Source of the DNA: a virus
Lineage: Duplodnaviria > Caudoviricetes
Length of the DNA: 56,804 bases
Strand: one strand, 5' to 3'
Virus record (IMG/VR): IMGVR_UViG_3300017739_003809
Coordinates: 1-56,804 of that record
The notes below the pieces were generated by a model. That model did no database searches. It was given only the letters and a program-made list of their open reading frames with translations, and was not told the DNA's origin. This document shows, in pieces, positions 29,043 through 40,700 of this stretch; the first letter of the stretch is position 1; each line of letters opens with the position of its first letter. The translations under genes and the position numbers were made by a program.

Positions 29043-29732
29043 ATGGGATATTTAGACAATCAAAGTATTATAGTAGATGCGGTTCTTACTAAAAAAGGAA
29101 GAGAAGCATTAGCTAGGCAAGACGGTTCTTTTAAAATTACTCAATTTGCCTTAGGAGATGATGAGATAGATTATACACTATTTAATGAAAATCACTCAAA
29201 TGGGTCTTCTTTTTCCGGGGAAGCTATTGAAAATCTTCCTTTATTAGAAGCTATTCCTGATGATCAAGCAATATTGAAAAGCAAATTAGTAAGTTTACCT
29301 AGAGGTACTTCAGCAATGCCTGTTGTGACAGCTAATGTTGCTAAAATTACTCTTTCATTAGGATCTACAACAGTAGTTAATCCTACTACTCTTAACTTTA
29401 GTGGTCAAGCTAATTTAAAAGAACCTAATGGGTATATAGCAACTATTGCAGACAGAAGATTATTATCTAAATTTACAGCTACTACCCAACAAGGAGCTTT
29501 AGCTAAACAAAGACCTTATTCTAATGTTGCTATAGCAGAGACCGCAATAGGATCTTCTTTTACTATGACTGCTATTAATTCCCAAACTTTATTTGGAACT
29601 GCTACTAAATTATTAACTCAATTAGTAATTGAGGGTAGAGATAGTGGTGCTCGAATAACAGTTCCTGTAGAAATTTCTAAAGAAGTATTAGCAACTACTA
29701 CAACACAGGATGTAGAAGGTGTAGTAAGATAA
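29043..29732 (+). CDS. baseplate/tail-fibre attachment protein
   Basis: DAVLTKKGREALA...ITQFALGDDEIDY resembles the N-terminus of tail-collar/fibre domains. Confidence 0.7.
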   Translation: MGYLDNQSIIVDAVLTKKGREALARQDGSFKITQFALGDDEIDYTLFNENHSNGSSFSGEAIENLPLLEAIPDDQAILKSKLVSLPRGTSAMPVVTANVAKITLSLGSTTVVNPTTLNFSGQANLKEPNGYIATIADRRLLSKFTATTQQGALAKQRPYSNVAIAETAIGSSFTMTAINSQTLFGTATKLLTQLVIEGRDSGARITVPVEISKEVLATTTTQDVEGVVR

Positions 29733-29742
29733 AATTTAAAAC

Positions 29743-30777
29743 ATGGCCACATTTACAAGATTTTCCCCCGACGACGTAGTAATCACTACCGAAAAAGTAT
29801 TTACATCTACATGGACTAATAATACTAATGCTTTAACCCCCGCAGCTGCTCATTTTGGATCTTTAGGAAACCAAGCCGCCGATTATACTCATGCAACTAG
29901 CAGTACTGCTCACCATGTAGTATGCTATAATGGAACCGCTACTAATACTAGTTTTGATCCCCAATTTTCAGTAGCTTATGGGCATAAAGCAGGAAGTGGA
30001 TCCTTATTTTATACTACAACAGATACGGGGTTTGCAGGTTCTAGATCTGTATATGGGCAGTATAGATCATTAGTGTTTGGGGACGAAACTCGTAATTTTA
30101 CATTTAATGGCCATGAACCTGAAGATATTTATATTATAAATGTAAATAGAGGTAGATATAAACAGTCTTTAAGAGTAGGATCTTTAAATCTTACACTAGG
30201 ATCTACTGAAGTAAAACTAACTGATGATTCAGTTTCTAAATCGGGTAGTGCTGTTTTTACAAATGTAGGGAGACAATTTAATATAGTATCTGGTTCTAGT
30301 GGAACTATGTCAGGATCAAATTTATCTCAAACTATTAGTGGAAGTTATGGTTTATTTTACCCAGATGCTGGTTTTATAGTATTAAACCCAGATGCTTTAA
30401 GACATGGCGGAGCCGCTGCTATAACAGCTCTTCCCCCTAGAACTTCTAATGTATCTATTACAGGATCTCATAGTTTATTAACATCATCCTTAGTATTAGG
30501 TAATAATTTTGAAATTGATAGTGAAGAAAAAATATCTTCTCAATTTTATTTTGTAAGAGCTAAAAATAAAGAATTTAATTATACTACTAATCCATCTTTT
30601 ATAGATGGAAATGGTAATTTAAACTTTACTTCTATGATAGATAACCCAGTAGTTTATATTACAACTATTGGCTTATATAATGATGCTAATGAATTATTAG
30701 CTACGGCTAAGTTAAGTCAACCTATAACTAAAGACTTTACTAAAGAGGCTTTAATAAAAGTTAAACTTGATTATTAA
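29743..30777 (+). CDS. tail collar/baseplate protein
   Basis: C-terminal YITTIGLYNDANELLATAKLSQPITK motif. Confidence 0.7.
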   Translation: MATFTRFSPDDVVITTEKVFTSTWTNNTNALTPAAAHFGSLGNQAADYTHATSSTAHHVVCYNGTATNTSFDPQFSVAYGHKAGSGSLFYTTTDTGFAGSRSVYGQYRSLVFGDETRNFTFNGHEPEDIYIINVNRGRYKQSLRVGSLNLTLGSTEVKLTDDSVSKSGSAVFTNVGRQFNIVSGSSGTMSGSNLSQTISGSYGLFYPDAGFIVLNPDALRHGGAAAITALPPRTSNVSITGSHSLLTSSLVLGNNFEIDSEEKISSQFYFVRAKNKEFNYTTNPSFIDGNGNLNFTSMIDNPVVYITTIGLYNDANELLATAKLSQPITKDFTKEALIKVKLDY

Positions 30778-33700
30778 TGTTTATATACAAAAAGCTGAAA
30801 GCTTCAGATGTTGGTATAACAGCGTTTGAGGCCCATAAAGAGTTTAATGTAAATAAGGATAATACTTCATCCTTAGGCATTTCTCTTATAGACAGCAGTT
30901 TTAGTTCAGCTAGTAGAGATTCTTATTCAGGATTACTTGTTGACACTAATAATCATAAAAAATATTTTCAATTAGATCATTTATTTTATAATGATGCTAT
31001 ATTTAATTATGGTAATTTATTAGGAGGGTTAGAATATAACCAACAAGAAAAAAGACTCTACAATAAAGCAACTATTATATCTATATCCCAGAAAAATTTC
31101 GGTAGTGGAATACAAAAGGGAACATTTGATTTTAATAACAACTATATAGATGATTCAAAAGGAAATTTATATAGTAAAACTTCTAATTTAGATAATTTTC
31201 CCAAAGATAAAGAAAGACCATTTTATTTAGGACCAGTAAAAGGCCATAAATATTTTGATTTAACTAGAAATTCTGATACAGGAGAAAAAATTGTTAATTT
31301 TTCTTCAACATTTAGCGATATTAAATTAGATGATTCCTTATATACAAACATTATTGAATATATTAGCTGTTCATTTAGTGAAGATACAGTATTAAACTGT
31401 CCAGTAATAACATTAGATAATGGTTATATTAAAGCACCCCATAGTAAAAATTATAATTTTGGAAACGAAAATTTTACTATAACTTTTTGGTATAAACCTA
31501 CTTCAACTAATGGACCTAAATTTATTTTAGGAAAATCTAAAACTAAAACTATAGTAGAAACCCCTGAATCTAGTACAAATGGAAATTTATCTTCAACTCA
31601 TGGTTCTGCTAGTTTTTTACAACCAAAAGAAGTAGACGCAGGCAGAGCATTTCCTTTTGAAGTATTATTAGATAATTCTAATAAAATTAAATTTTCCAGA
31701 TCAGATCAGGACAATAACTCAAGTATTACCTATGATGCTGCTTTAACTAATAATACTTTTTCTCACGTTGCTGTAAGAAAAAAAGATAATGAGTTAAAAA
31801 TATTCATAAATGGGAATTCTGGATCTAATTCCACTATTGATTCTACTGATTTATGTAAAAACGAAGCAGATTTATTTATTGGTTCTCAAGGAGGAACTAG
31901 AGAAAACATTTCCTACAATAAGGAACATAAAATTTCTCAAATAATGATCTTTAATAAAGGTCTAACCCATGAAGAAATTAAAAACGTATCATCTTCAATA
32001 TCTGGAACACCTTTTGTTGGTAATATATTTTATGAACAGGGTATTGCTACATTAACATCACCTACTGTTAATAACAATACTTTAACCACTTTACAAAACC
32101 AAACTGAAACTATTACATTATTGCCTACTTCATTTAATGTGGGTGAAGAAACTATAAATGACTTTCCCGAAGAATTGACATTTAGTGGATCTAATTTTAC
32201 TTTTGTTTCCCCTCAAGAAACTCTTGGAATATTCACTGCACAAAATATTTTTGATAGTTTAAATTTTGATACTACTAAAGTAAGCGCTAGTTTTGATACA
32301 GGCAATAATAAAATAAGTTTAGTTTCTCTACCCACTTCATCAGTAGCTTCTTCTGATTTTTTACTTACTATAAAAAGTTCATCCTTAGAATTAAATCTAG
32401 ATAGTACATCAGATTTTAGTACAGCTGATCTTTTTACTTCTTCTAATGATACTGTAAATAATAGAGATAACGATTCTCTTACACAAACGACCTCAATAGT
32501 CGGGGGAAGACAAGTTTCTCTAACTAATCCTAAAACATTTACAGCATCTTTTACTATTGACCCTGTAACACCTACTACAATTACTGATGAAAGGTGGACT
32601 GAACCAGAAGAGGTAGCGCTTGGTGGTGGTAGTGGTGGTAACCCATTTAATTTCAATGGTGTAGACGATTTAGATGCAGATACTATATTTCAAATACAGG
32701 GTGCATCCGGATTTACTGCGGTTAACACAGACCCAAATAATGGTATAGCTTCTGCTAATGGAGATGGTGAAATAACCTTTAGTGGTTCAGCAGGGATGGT
32801 TGCTCCATTTTTTGTAGGAGATTTACCTCGTGTTGAAATGGCTATGAATAGCGGTGTTGTAAATACATTTACAATGAATACAAGCCAAAAAACCCAAAAT
32901 TTATTTGGAGCAGATAATAATTTAGGCAGTTCTATTTCATTTAATAATGGGACCCATGGCGAAGTTTTAAATGCCGCAATGCCTTCAACTACTAAGTATG
33001 AAGATTTTTATGGACCCGAGGGAAACGATACTATTGGTTTTAATAGAGCAGATGTTTACTTTAATGCTGGTACTTTTGGAAATAATGATAATGATGAACA
33101 AGGCACATTCCAATTAGGCCACATGGCTAAGAATGGAAATAGTAATAAGTTTTTTGCTAGATATTCTAGATCCCCACTCAATATAAAATATAGATTTTCT
33201 TTTGAAGGTTTTAAAACAAGTGGTACAAGTAACACAATTATAATTGAATTACAAAGAAGAATTTTAAAACACGATGGTTCAGTATTATCAGGCTTTACTG
33301 AAGTAAGTGAATTAGATGGCAATGCTAATGCATTTTCACTTACTACTACTAATAACACATATAATATAGATTATAGATTTGGACTATCATCTACCGATAA
33401 TCAATTCCTTACAAATGAACATTATGGGGGAAGTGATTCCAATAATTTAAATTTAGGTCCTAAAATACAATTTAGATTCGTTGTTAAAAAAGTTGGTGGA
33501 GGAAACACCACTATTCAATGTGGCCCACCTAAAATAAACGTAATAGATCAGGGTAGAAACGCCGGATTTTACAGTACTCATAAAGTAAGAACTAACACTA
33601 CGGATAACCCTATTACAGCTAAACCTGGTGAAATAATTAAATACACTGTAAATGGTATAAAAACTAAACAAGCAGGCACTGGAAATAACTTAAACTTTAG

Positions 33701-36368
33701 CAACACAGCAAATCGTTTAACATCAGGAAGTTTTAATACTGCTGGTAATAACCCTTCAAATAGTCAGTTTGAAGCTGCAAGGCTTTACATTATGCTCTTT
33801 AGGCAAGATGAAACAATAGGACAATTTGGGCCTAATCTTGACCATGAACTTTTAAATATTCATGAATTTAAAAGTGAAGATAATTCTTACCAATCATCAA
33901 CCTCAAACTCAGATGAAGATTTAATAGGACATTATGTAGTACCTAGTAATATTGTTCAAAATAATGATAATAATACTAAGTTCTTTTTACAAATAATGGT
34001 AGGGGGAGATATAGACCCAATAAATAACCAACCTAATATTTTAAGAGTTCCTCAATCTCATGGGTTTTCTTTAAGAAATATTTTAATAGAAAAATTTAGT
34101 ATACCTGATAATTATACTATTTCTAATATAGTAGGAACACCCCCTCTAGTCAGTTCAAATAAAATTCATAAACAATTAGGTAACTCTTATCTTGAATTAG
34201 TAATAGCTAATACAGAAGAAAATCTTTTAAAATCAAATATTATTCCTAATTTAGGACTTACATTTGATAGTGATTTAATCCAAAATGCTAATTTAGGAAA
34301 TAATCAGACCCAAATAGCTGGAAATTTTCTTAACCCTAATTTTATTGAAACTGTTGAAAATTTAGATGGAAGTTTTGGAAATAAAGTAAGATTTGGTAAC
34401 ACCACTGATACATTAAATGAGGGTACAACCTCAGGAATATTAGTAACCGAATCTATGGCTTTTACAGCAAGTATTGACATACAGGCTAATGTAGAAGTTA
34501 CTTCAAGCTTTACACCACCAAATAAAGGATTATATACAATTAATAATGTAAATTTAACTACTTTTGCATTAGGTAGTAGAAATAAAGTAGCAGTACAAGT
34601 TTTTAAAAATGGTGTTTTATATCCTAATAGCAGTACTGGTGGTAATGATGGTGGGACTAGATTAGCCCCACATCTTTTAGATGATGTTAATATCTTCAAT
34701 GAAAACCCATTAACTTTAGGAGTATTAGAAGAGACCGATAATATTAGTTTTGTATTTAAATCAGTATCGGCTTCAAGTGAAATTGAAGCTCTGGGTGGAG
34801 GTACATTTGCGGCTTCATTTGAGTCTGGGGGCTTTAGTAAAAACCCATTTGCGGGAGTTGGAACTAATACTTTTGATATAAATAAAATTAGTATAACTAA
34901 ATTAAGCAGCTCAAACGAAATTACTCTTGCAAATGGATCTACTTTTACAGAAGATAATGGAATAACAGCAGGTCATTTTGTAGAAATATCTTCATCCCAT
35001 GTAGATCAGGGTACTGCTAATTACCCATTTAGTACTGGTCAATCTACGGCTAGTATAATTAGTATATCAGATGATGGAGTAACAGCTACTTTAAATACAG
35101 ACTTTTTTATAACAAGCTCAATAGCAGTACAACCTTTTATTACTAATTTCTTTGAAAAAGGGCCTTTCCAAATTAGTGCTTCATTTACACCTCCAGGGCT
35201 AGATGCTTTTATAGCTAGTAAAGTTTATACTGTAGCTACTAACGTCACAAGTGTAACAAATACAAACGATCCAGGATTAAACTTAGGGCTTGGATATAAA
35301 ATAGATAAAACTAGTGGATTTAATGCTGGAACTTTAGCTGAAGAGTTTTTTGATAACGCGGGTTCCCAAGCAGTAAATGCAGAATTTAGAATACCTAATA
35401 CCCCTGAAATAGATTCTATAACTTTTAAATATTTTGTAAGTGGAACATTAAGTAATGATTATCCTAATGGGACAGTAACTGCTTCTTTAAATTACACCCA
35501 AAGTTTTAATCCCCTTATAGCACTTGCTGCTATTTCGGGTTCGAATATATCTAGTGGTCCTACTATTTCAGCAGGTGAATTTAGTCCGTTTACTAGTTTT
35601 TCTAGTAATAAATTAAAAATTACTTCGTCACATACTTCTAATGAGGGAATTTTAGGTTTACAGTTTACAACAGGTAAACAAGATATAGGTATAATAGATA
35701 GAACAAGTGATGGAAAGATAGAAATAGACCAAGTTTTATTCATAACAGGCTCTTCACAGGCAACTGGTTCATCTCCATCATCATCTGTTACTCCGGGAGA
35801 TATAACTTTTAATGCCACTAATTTAGTAGATGCTGTTGGAGTAACAGAACAATTAGTCGGAGGCACCTTTACTTTTGATAATTTTGCTACCCAGGCAACT
35901 GACCCTGAAACTTATATAATTCAAGATATATTAGGAGTATCTGATCAAAACCCAAATGCTAATATTATTCAAATATCTAATCAAGATGGAGGTAGTAGCA
36001 ATATTCAAACTATAGATGAAAATGATTTAGATGGAACTACAAGTGTTGAAGTAGATTTCCTTACCCAAGTACCTAATGAATTTACGTTAGATTTTAAAAA
36101 TAACCATCTTATTTTTGAAAACGAATATCACTGTACAGTAGATGAACATGAATATAACTTTACATTAAATCCAACAGTTAGAAAACTAAAATCTATTACT
36201 GATGGTGAATTAGCTAATTTTGCTACAGGTTCGAAATTTAAACCATATGTAACAACAGTAGGGTTATATAATGATGAAGGAGAGTTATTAGTAGTTGGAA
36301 AATTAGGTCAACCAGTTAGAATGAGTGATAAAACAGATACAACATTTGTTGTAAGATATGATACATGA
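30777..36368 (+). CDS. very large tail-fibre/baseplate protein with LamG-like domain (candidate receptor-binding protein)
   Basis: NFTITFWYK...FSHVAVRK...KIFING...LFIG...ISQIMIFNKGLT LamG pattern; C-terminal PYVTTVGLYNDEGELLVVGKLGQP paralogous to the upstream gene. Confidence 0.75.
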   Translation: MFIYKKLKASDVGITAFEAHKEFNVNKDNTSSLGISLIDSSFSSASRDSYSGLLVDTNNHKKYFQLDHLFYNDAIFNYGNLLGGLEYNQQEKRLYNKATIISISQKNFGSGIQKGTFDFNNNYIDDSKGNLYSKTSNLDNFPKDKERPFYLGPVKGHKYFDLTRNSDTGEKIVNFSSTFSDIKLDDSLYTNIIEYISCSFSEDTVLNCPVITLDNGYIKAPHSKNYNFGNENFTITFWYKPTSTNGPKFILGKSKTKTIVETPESSTNGNLSSTHGSASFLQPKEVDAGRAFPFEVLLDNSNKIKFSRSDQDNNSSITYDAALTNNTFSHVAVRKKDNELKIFINGNSGSNSTIDSTDLCKNEADLFIGSQGGTRENISYNKEHKISQIMIFNKGLTHEEIKNVSSSISGTPFVGNIFYEQGIATLTSPTVNNNTLTTLQNQTETITLLPTSFNVGEETINDFPEELTFSGSNFTFVSPQETLGIFTAQNIFDSLNFDTTKVSASFDTGNNKISLVSLPTSSVASSDFLLTIKSSSLELNLDSTSDFSTADLFTSSNDTVNNRDNDSLTQTTSIVGGRQVSLTNPKTFTASFTIDPVTPTTITDERWTEPEEVALGGGSGGNPFNFNGVDDLDADTIFQIQGASGFTAVNTDPNNGIASANGDGEITFSGSAGMVAPFFVGDLPRVEMAMNSGVVNTFTMNTSQKTQNLFGADNNLGSSISFNNGTHGEVLNAAMPSTTKYEDFYGPEGNDTIGFNRADVYFNAGTFGNNDNDEQGTFQLGHMAKNGNSNKFFARYSRSPLNIKYRFSFEGFKTSGTSNTIIIELQRRILKHDGSVLSGFTEVSELDGNANAFSLTTTNNTYNIDYRFGLSSTDNQFLTNEHYGGSDSNNLNLGPKIQFRFVVKKVGGGNTTIQCGPPKINVIDQGRNAGFYSTHKVRTNTTDNPITAKPGEIIKYTVNGIKTKQAGTGNNLNFSNTANRLTSGSFNTAGNNPSNSQFEAARLYIMLFRQDETIGQFGPNLDHELLNIHEFKSEDNSYQSSTSNSDEDLIGHYVVPSNIVQNNDNNTKFFLQIMVGGDIDPINNQPNILRVPQSHGFSLRNILIEKFSIPDNYTISNIVGTPPLVSSNKIHKQLGNSYLELVIANTEENLLKSNIIPNLGLTFDSDLIQNANLGNNQTQIAGNFLNPNFIETVENLDGSFGNKVRFGNTTDTLNEGTTSGILVTESMAFTASIDIQANVEVTSSFTPPNKGLYTINNVNLTTFALGSRNKVAVQVFKNGVLYPNSSTGGNDGGTRLAPHLLDDVNIFNENPLTLGVLEETDNISFVFKSVSASSEIEALGGGTFAASFESGGFSKNPFAGVGTNTFDINKISITKLSSSNEITLANGSTFTEDNGITAGHFVEISSSHVDQGTANYPFSTGQSTASIISISDDGVTATLNTDFFITSSIAVQPFITNFFEKGPFQISASFTPPGLDAFIASKVYTVATNVTSVTNTNDPGLNLGLGYKIDKTSGFNAGTLAEEFFDNAGSQAVNAEFRIPNTPEIDSITFKYFVSGTLSNDYPNGTVTASLNYTQSFNPLIALAAISGSNISSGPTISAGEFSPFTSFSSNKLKITSSHTSNEGILGLQFTTGKQDIGIIDRTSDGKIEIDQVLFITGSSQATGSSPSSSVTPGDITFNATNLVDAVGVTEQLVGGTFTFDNFATQATDPETYIIQDILGVSDQNPNANIIQISNQDGGSSNIQTIDENDLDGTTSVEVDFLTQVPNEFTLDFKNNHLIFENEYHCTVDEHEYNFTLNPTVRKLKSITDGELANFATGSKFKPYVTTVGLYNDEGELLVVGKLGQPVRMSDKTDTTFVVRYDT

Positions 36369-36790
36369 TAATACCAGAAAGTTATGAACAATTCCCCGAA
36401 GGCACATATGGATACGTTTACCAAACAACTCACATACCTTCAGGAAAAAAATATGTAGGCAAAAAAGCCTTAATTTATAATCAAAAGAAAAAAATTGGTA
36501 AACGTGAAGCCGCCCTATGGGAGGGTAAAGGTAGACCACCAGTTTATAAGCAAGTCCAAAAAGAAAGTGATTGGAAAACCTATTATGGTTCTCACCAATT
36601 TATTAAAGAAGAAATTAAAAGTGGTAATCAATCACATTTTGAACGTATAATTTTGCAATTAGCCTACTCTAAAAAAGAATTAACTTACTTAGAAAATAAA
36701 GCATTATTTAGTTTAGGCGTATTAGAAACTAAAGATTATTTAAATGATAACATCGAAGGAAGATACTTTAAGAGGGATTTTGGCCTTTGA
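36365..36790 (+). CDS. GIY-YIG (Seg-like) endonuclease domain protein
   Basis: YGYVYQTTHIPSGKKYVGKK, WKTYYGS, LTYLE, YLNDNI. Confidence 0.8.
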   Translation: MIIPESYEQFPEGTYGYVYQTTHIPSGKKYVGKKALIYNQKKKIGKREAALWEGKGRPPVYKQVQKESDWKTYYGSHQFIKEEIKSGNQSHFERIILQLAYSKKELTYLENKALFSLGVLETKDYLNDNIEGRYFKRDFGL

Positions 36791-36809
36791 CCTTTCTTTC
36801 GTATATTTA
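36779..36809 (+). promoter_or_regulatory. early promoter TTTGG-N16-CGTATATTTA
   Basis: Recurrent motif, 4 nt before the primase ATG. Confidence 0.7.
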
Positions 36810-36813
36810 GGGG

Positions 36814-37734
36814 ATGAAGGAAGATCGCCTTATATATTTGCTAGAAAGTCTATTAGGAAAAAGCAAAAGCGCACGAGGAGGAGACGAGGCCGTATTTAGT
36901 TGCCCTAATTGTAACCACCATAAGAAAAAACTTACACTAAATAAATTAACCCAAAAATACCAATGTTGGGTTTGTGGTTTTAAAGGTGCAAGAGCACTAC
37001 AACTCCTTAAATTCATTAAGGCTCCTTATACAGCATTCCAAGAATTAAAAGAAATTGATGCTCAGTATAATTTTAAAACAACACATGTAGAAAAACCTAA
37101 AGACCAACTTCAATTACCCGAGGGATTTATTACACTACTTAAAAGTAAAGGTTTAACTAGAGATAAAGCATATCACTATTTAAAATCCCGAGGAGTTACA
37201 GCCCAAGATATAATAAAATATAATATCGGATATATTGAAGAGGGTAAATTAGCTAATTTTATAATAATACCAAGTTATGATAGACAAGGAATCCTCAATT
37301 ACTGGGTGGGTCGCTCGTTTGATCCGCAAGCTTATCACAAACACAAGCTTCCGCCAACATCAAAAGATATTATTGGCTTTGACATGCTTTGTAACTTTAA
37401 TATTCCTATTATCATTTGTGAAGGTGCCTTTGATGCAATTGCAATCAAACGAAATGCCGTGCCCTTGTTTGGAAAACGAATCAGCAAGTCACTCTATAAA
37501 GAACTCGTTAGAGGACGAGTAAAACAAATATACCTTGCACTTGACCAAGATGCTATAAATGATTCCCTTAAGTATGCTAAAGAACTTATGGCATATGGTA
37601 AGGAAATATTTTTATTAGAACTTGATGGTAAAGATCCAAGTGATCTAGGATTTAAAGAAATGACTCGTGTATTACAAAACGCAAAACCACTAACATTCCA
37701 AGGATTAGTAGAAAAGAAAATCTTATATCAGTAA
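36814..37734 (+). CDS. DNA primase (DnaG/gp61-like)
   Basis: Zn finger CPNC...CWVC; YLKSRG; GRSF; Toprim CEGAFDA and LDQDA; KDPSD. Confidence 0.93.
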   Translation: MKEDRLIYLLESLLGKSKSARGGDEAVFSCPNCNHHKKKLTLNKLTQKYQCWVCGFKGARALQLLKFIKAPYTAFQELKEIDAQYNFKTTHVEKPKDQLQLPEGFITLLKSKGLTRDKAYHYLKSRGVTAQDIIKYNIGYIEEGKLANFIIIPSYDRQGILNYWVGRSFDPQAYHKHKLPPTSKDIIGFDMLCNFNIPIIICEGAFDAIAIKRNAVPLFGKRISKSLYKELVRGRVKQIYLALDQDAINDSLKYAKELMAYGKEIFLLELDGKDPSDLGFKEMTRVLQNAKPLTFQGLVEKKILYQ

Positions 37735-37738
37735 GCTA

Positions 37739-37746
37739 TATGTATA
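37739..37746 (+). promoter_or_regulatory. putative late promoter TATGTATA
   Basis: Recurrent motif. Confidence 0.65.
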
Positions 37747-37762
37747 ACAAACTGCAGTTTAT

Positions 37763-40700
37763 ATGAAAGTAGCCCTTTTACCAGGTGGGTTTAAACCACC
37801 TCATCTTGGACATTATAATATGGCAAAATATCTTGCAGATTTTGCTGATAACGTTATAGTAAGAATTGGGTCAAAAGAACGAGAAGGTATAGGGTCCAAA
37901 TTAGCTTTAGAAATTTTTAATTATTATAAAGCATCTGACCCGGATCCAAGAGCACAAAAACTTACTATTAGTTTAGCACAAGCAGCTTCTCCTGTAAAGG
38001 ACGTTTACGATTTTGTAGAAAAAATAGCCCCCGAGGGGTCAGAGCTAATTTTAGGGATAGGAGAGAAAGACGCTAAAGACGGAAGATATAACAGTATTCC
38101 TAAATTTGCAGAACCTCGCAATATTAAGGCTAAAATTAAATTAGTACCACCTCAAGCAGGTGGTATTTCAGGTACGCGTATGCGTGAGATTATTAAAAAT
38201 AATAATAAAGAAGAGTTTTTTAAGTTTATCCCCGAATTTTTACCTGAAGAAATTAAAGAAGAAATTTGGACCAAATTATTAGATACTACTATGCCTACTG
38301 ACATAGATGAGATGATGGGTGGTACAATGAATAAACAAGAAATGGATAAACATAACGCTAACATGAAAAAATTACGTAAAGTTTTATCTAAAGTTAATTC
38401 ACAAGGTGATATGGTAGAAGTACCTAGAAATTTAACTAAAGGATTGCGCAGAAAACTATACGAAGGACGTTATGACCAAGAAACCCTAATGCAGTCTAGA
38501 TTTATAGTAAATGTATTTAAAGCTAATTTTGGTAAACCCACTGAAGAAAGTAGTGAAGGTAATATAGGGGGAGTTGAATATGAATTAGATTATATATTTG
38601 AACCTAATATCGAAGAAGTAGGACCACTACCCTTTATAATTGATGGCGAGGCTGATAATGATACTTTACAAATTAAAATTAAGTATAACCCAGATAAATT
38701 TCCAGAGGCATATACTGAATTAATCCCTGAAATTAAAGATACAATTCGCCATGAATTAGAACATATAGCTCAATTTAATTTCTCTAAGGGAGTTAATCCT
38801 AATTCTCAAAAATTAAGCCAATATACTTGGTTTCAGTATTTTACATTTGACTATGAAGTGCCTGCTTTTGTGCAGGGTTTATATAAAAGGGCGAAAACTA
38901 AACGAATTTCATTTACCGAGGCAGTAAATGAATTTTTAATTAATTATCTTGATGTATTAACAGATGAAGAAGAAATTAAAGTAAAACAAACTTGGATGGA
39001 TTATGCTCGTAAAAACCTACCCGCGGCACAAATAGATGAAAAACGTGACCCTAAAGTAGGTACAGGTAAAAAACCTAAAGGATCAGGACGTAGACTTTAT
39101 ACAGATGAAGACCCTACAGATACAGTAAAAGTTAAATTTAGCACTAGGCAAGATATAGTAGATACTTTATCTAAAAAATCATTTAAAGCTAAATCACACG
39201 CTCGTCAATCACAGATTATTAATTTAATTCACCAAAGAGTTAGAGCAGCCTTAAATAGGTCTAAAGACCCAGCAGTAAAAAAACGACTACGCTCCGCTTT
39301 TGAATATATTAAAAAACGTAAAGAAGCTTCTAAAAGGAAAACACAACGTTTAAAAAAAGAAGGTATGTACCCTCCTTACAAAGCTAATCAAGTCCAACAA
39401 ACTAGATATAAGGCAAGCGACACATTTACTAGAGACCCCAAAAAGTCTAAAAAATTAGGATATTTAGAAGATAATATAGGCGAGGGAGATACTTATGAAA
39501 AAATGGCTGCTAAAGGTAAAAAAGCAGGTAATTTAAAACAAGGTACAGTTAGAAAAAGATTACGTATTCCTAAGGGCGAAAAAATACCTTTATCATTAAT
39601 TAATAAAGAAATATCACGTCTTAAAAAAATGGAAAAAAGAAGTCCTAAAAATCAAAAATATTATAAGGCACTTACTTTAGCTAAAACCTTAAAAACAACA
39701 ACTAATGTTAATGAAATGAAATTATTTTCAAAAGAATGGTGGTCAGATGTGATTATCGAAGAAATATTAAAAGAAGGTGGAGCAGCGGGCCATATGGCAC
39801 ATCCATTTGATTTACCTAACGTTACCAGTGGTAAGGATTTAATTAAATCATTTGAACAAGCTGCCGATAGTCTTAAAAAAACACCCGGTAGCGTTAAGAT
39901 AGATGGCGTAAATGCGTCAATTAGATTAATTAACTTAGGCGATAAAAAGGAATTCGCCATGGACCGTGGCTCAAAAAAGGCACTCGATTTAAAGGGTGTT
40001 ACTAAAGCAGATTTAGAAGATAGATTTGGACCCGGCCACGGTATGATTAAGTCTGGGGGCGATGTATTAGATATTTTTAATAGTGCTTTACCTTCAATCC
40101 AAGAAGAATTAAACGCATTAGGTTTATTAAATGACTCTAATGTGATGTTTAATATGGAGTATGTTAGTGGTAAATCTAATGTACAAGACTATGGTAAAAA
40201 TTTCTTAGCAATACATGGTTTATTAAGTGTAGAAACTAAAGAGGTACAAGGTGCTCGTAAAATGTTAACAAAGCGTATTACTACTGAAAAAACATTTGAT
40301 AAAGCAGATATGGACGAGTTACTTAAAAAATTAGAGCCGTTTGCTAAAAAGAAAGGATTTGAAATTTATGGTTCAGTACCCACTACATTTACTAAAGACC
40401 CAGATTTTAATAAAGCATTAAATACCCGTTACACTGTTGATTTTGCAGAAGGAGACCAAACTAAAACATTAGGCCAATGGTTATCTACAGTTACTAGTAT
40501 ACCTAAAACGGATCGCCTAAAGTTAAATATTGAAGGTATTCCCCACGGTGGAACTAAAGATGTAGGAGCCCTAAGTAAGCAAGTATATTTTGCAATATTT
40601 GGGGGTGAAAATGTAGATGATTTATTTGATGATGAGCAAGAAAAACAAAAAGCACTTCAAGGAGCTATAACCTATTTAGCAACAGAAAAATTAGGTGATG

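Noticed and set aside
36365-36790. GIY-YIG gene as a mobile homing element
   Set aside because: Only the short catalytic module is present, with no DNA-binding extension or intron context, and it is coupled to the tail operon.
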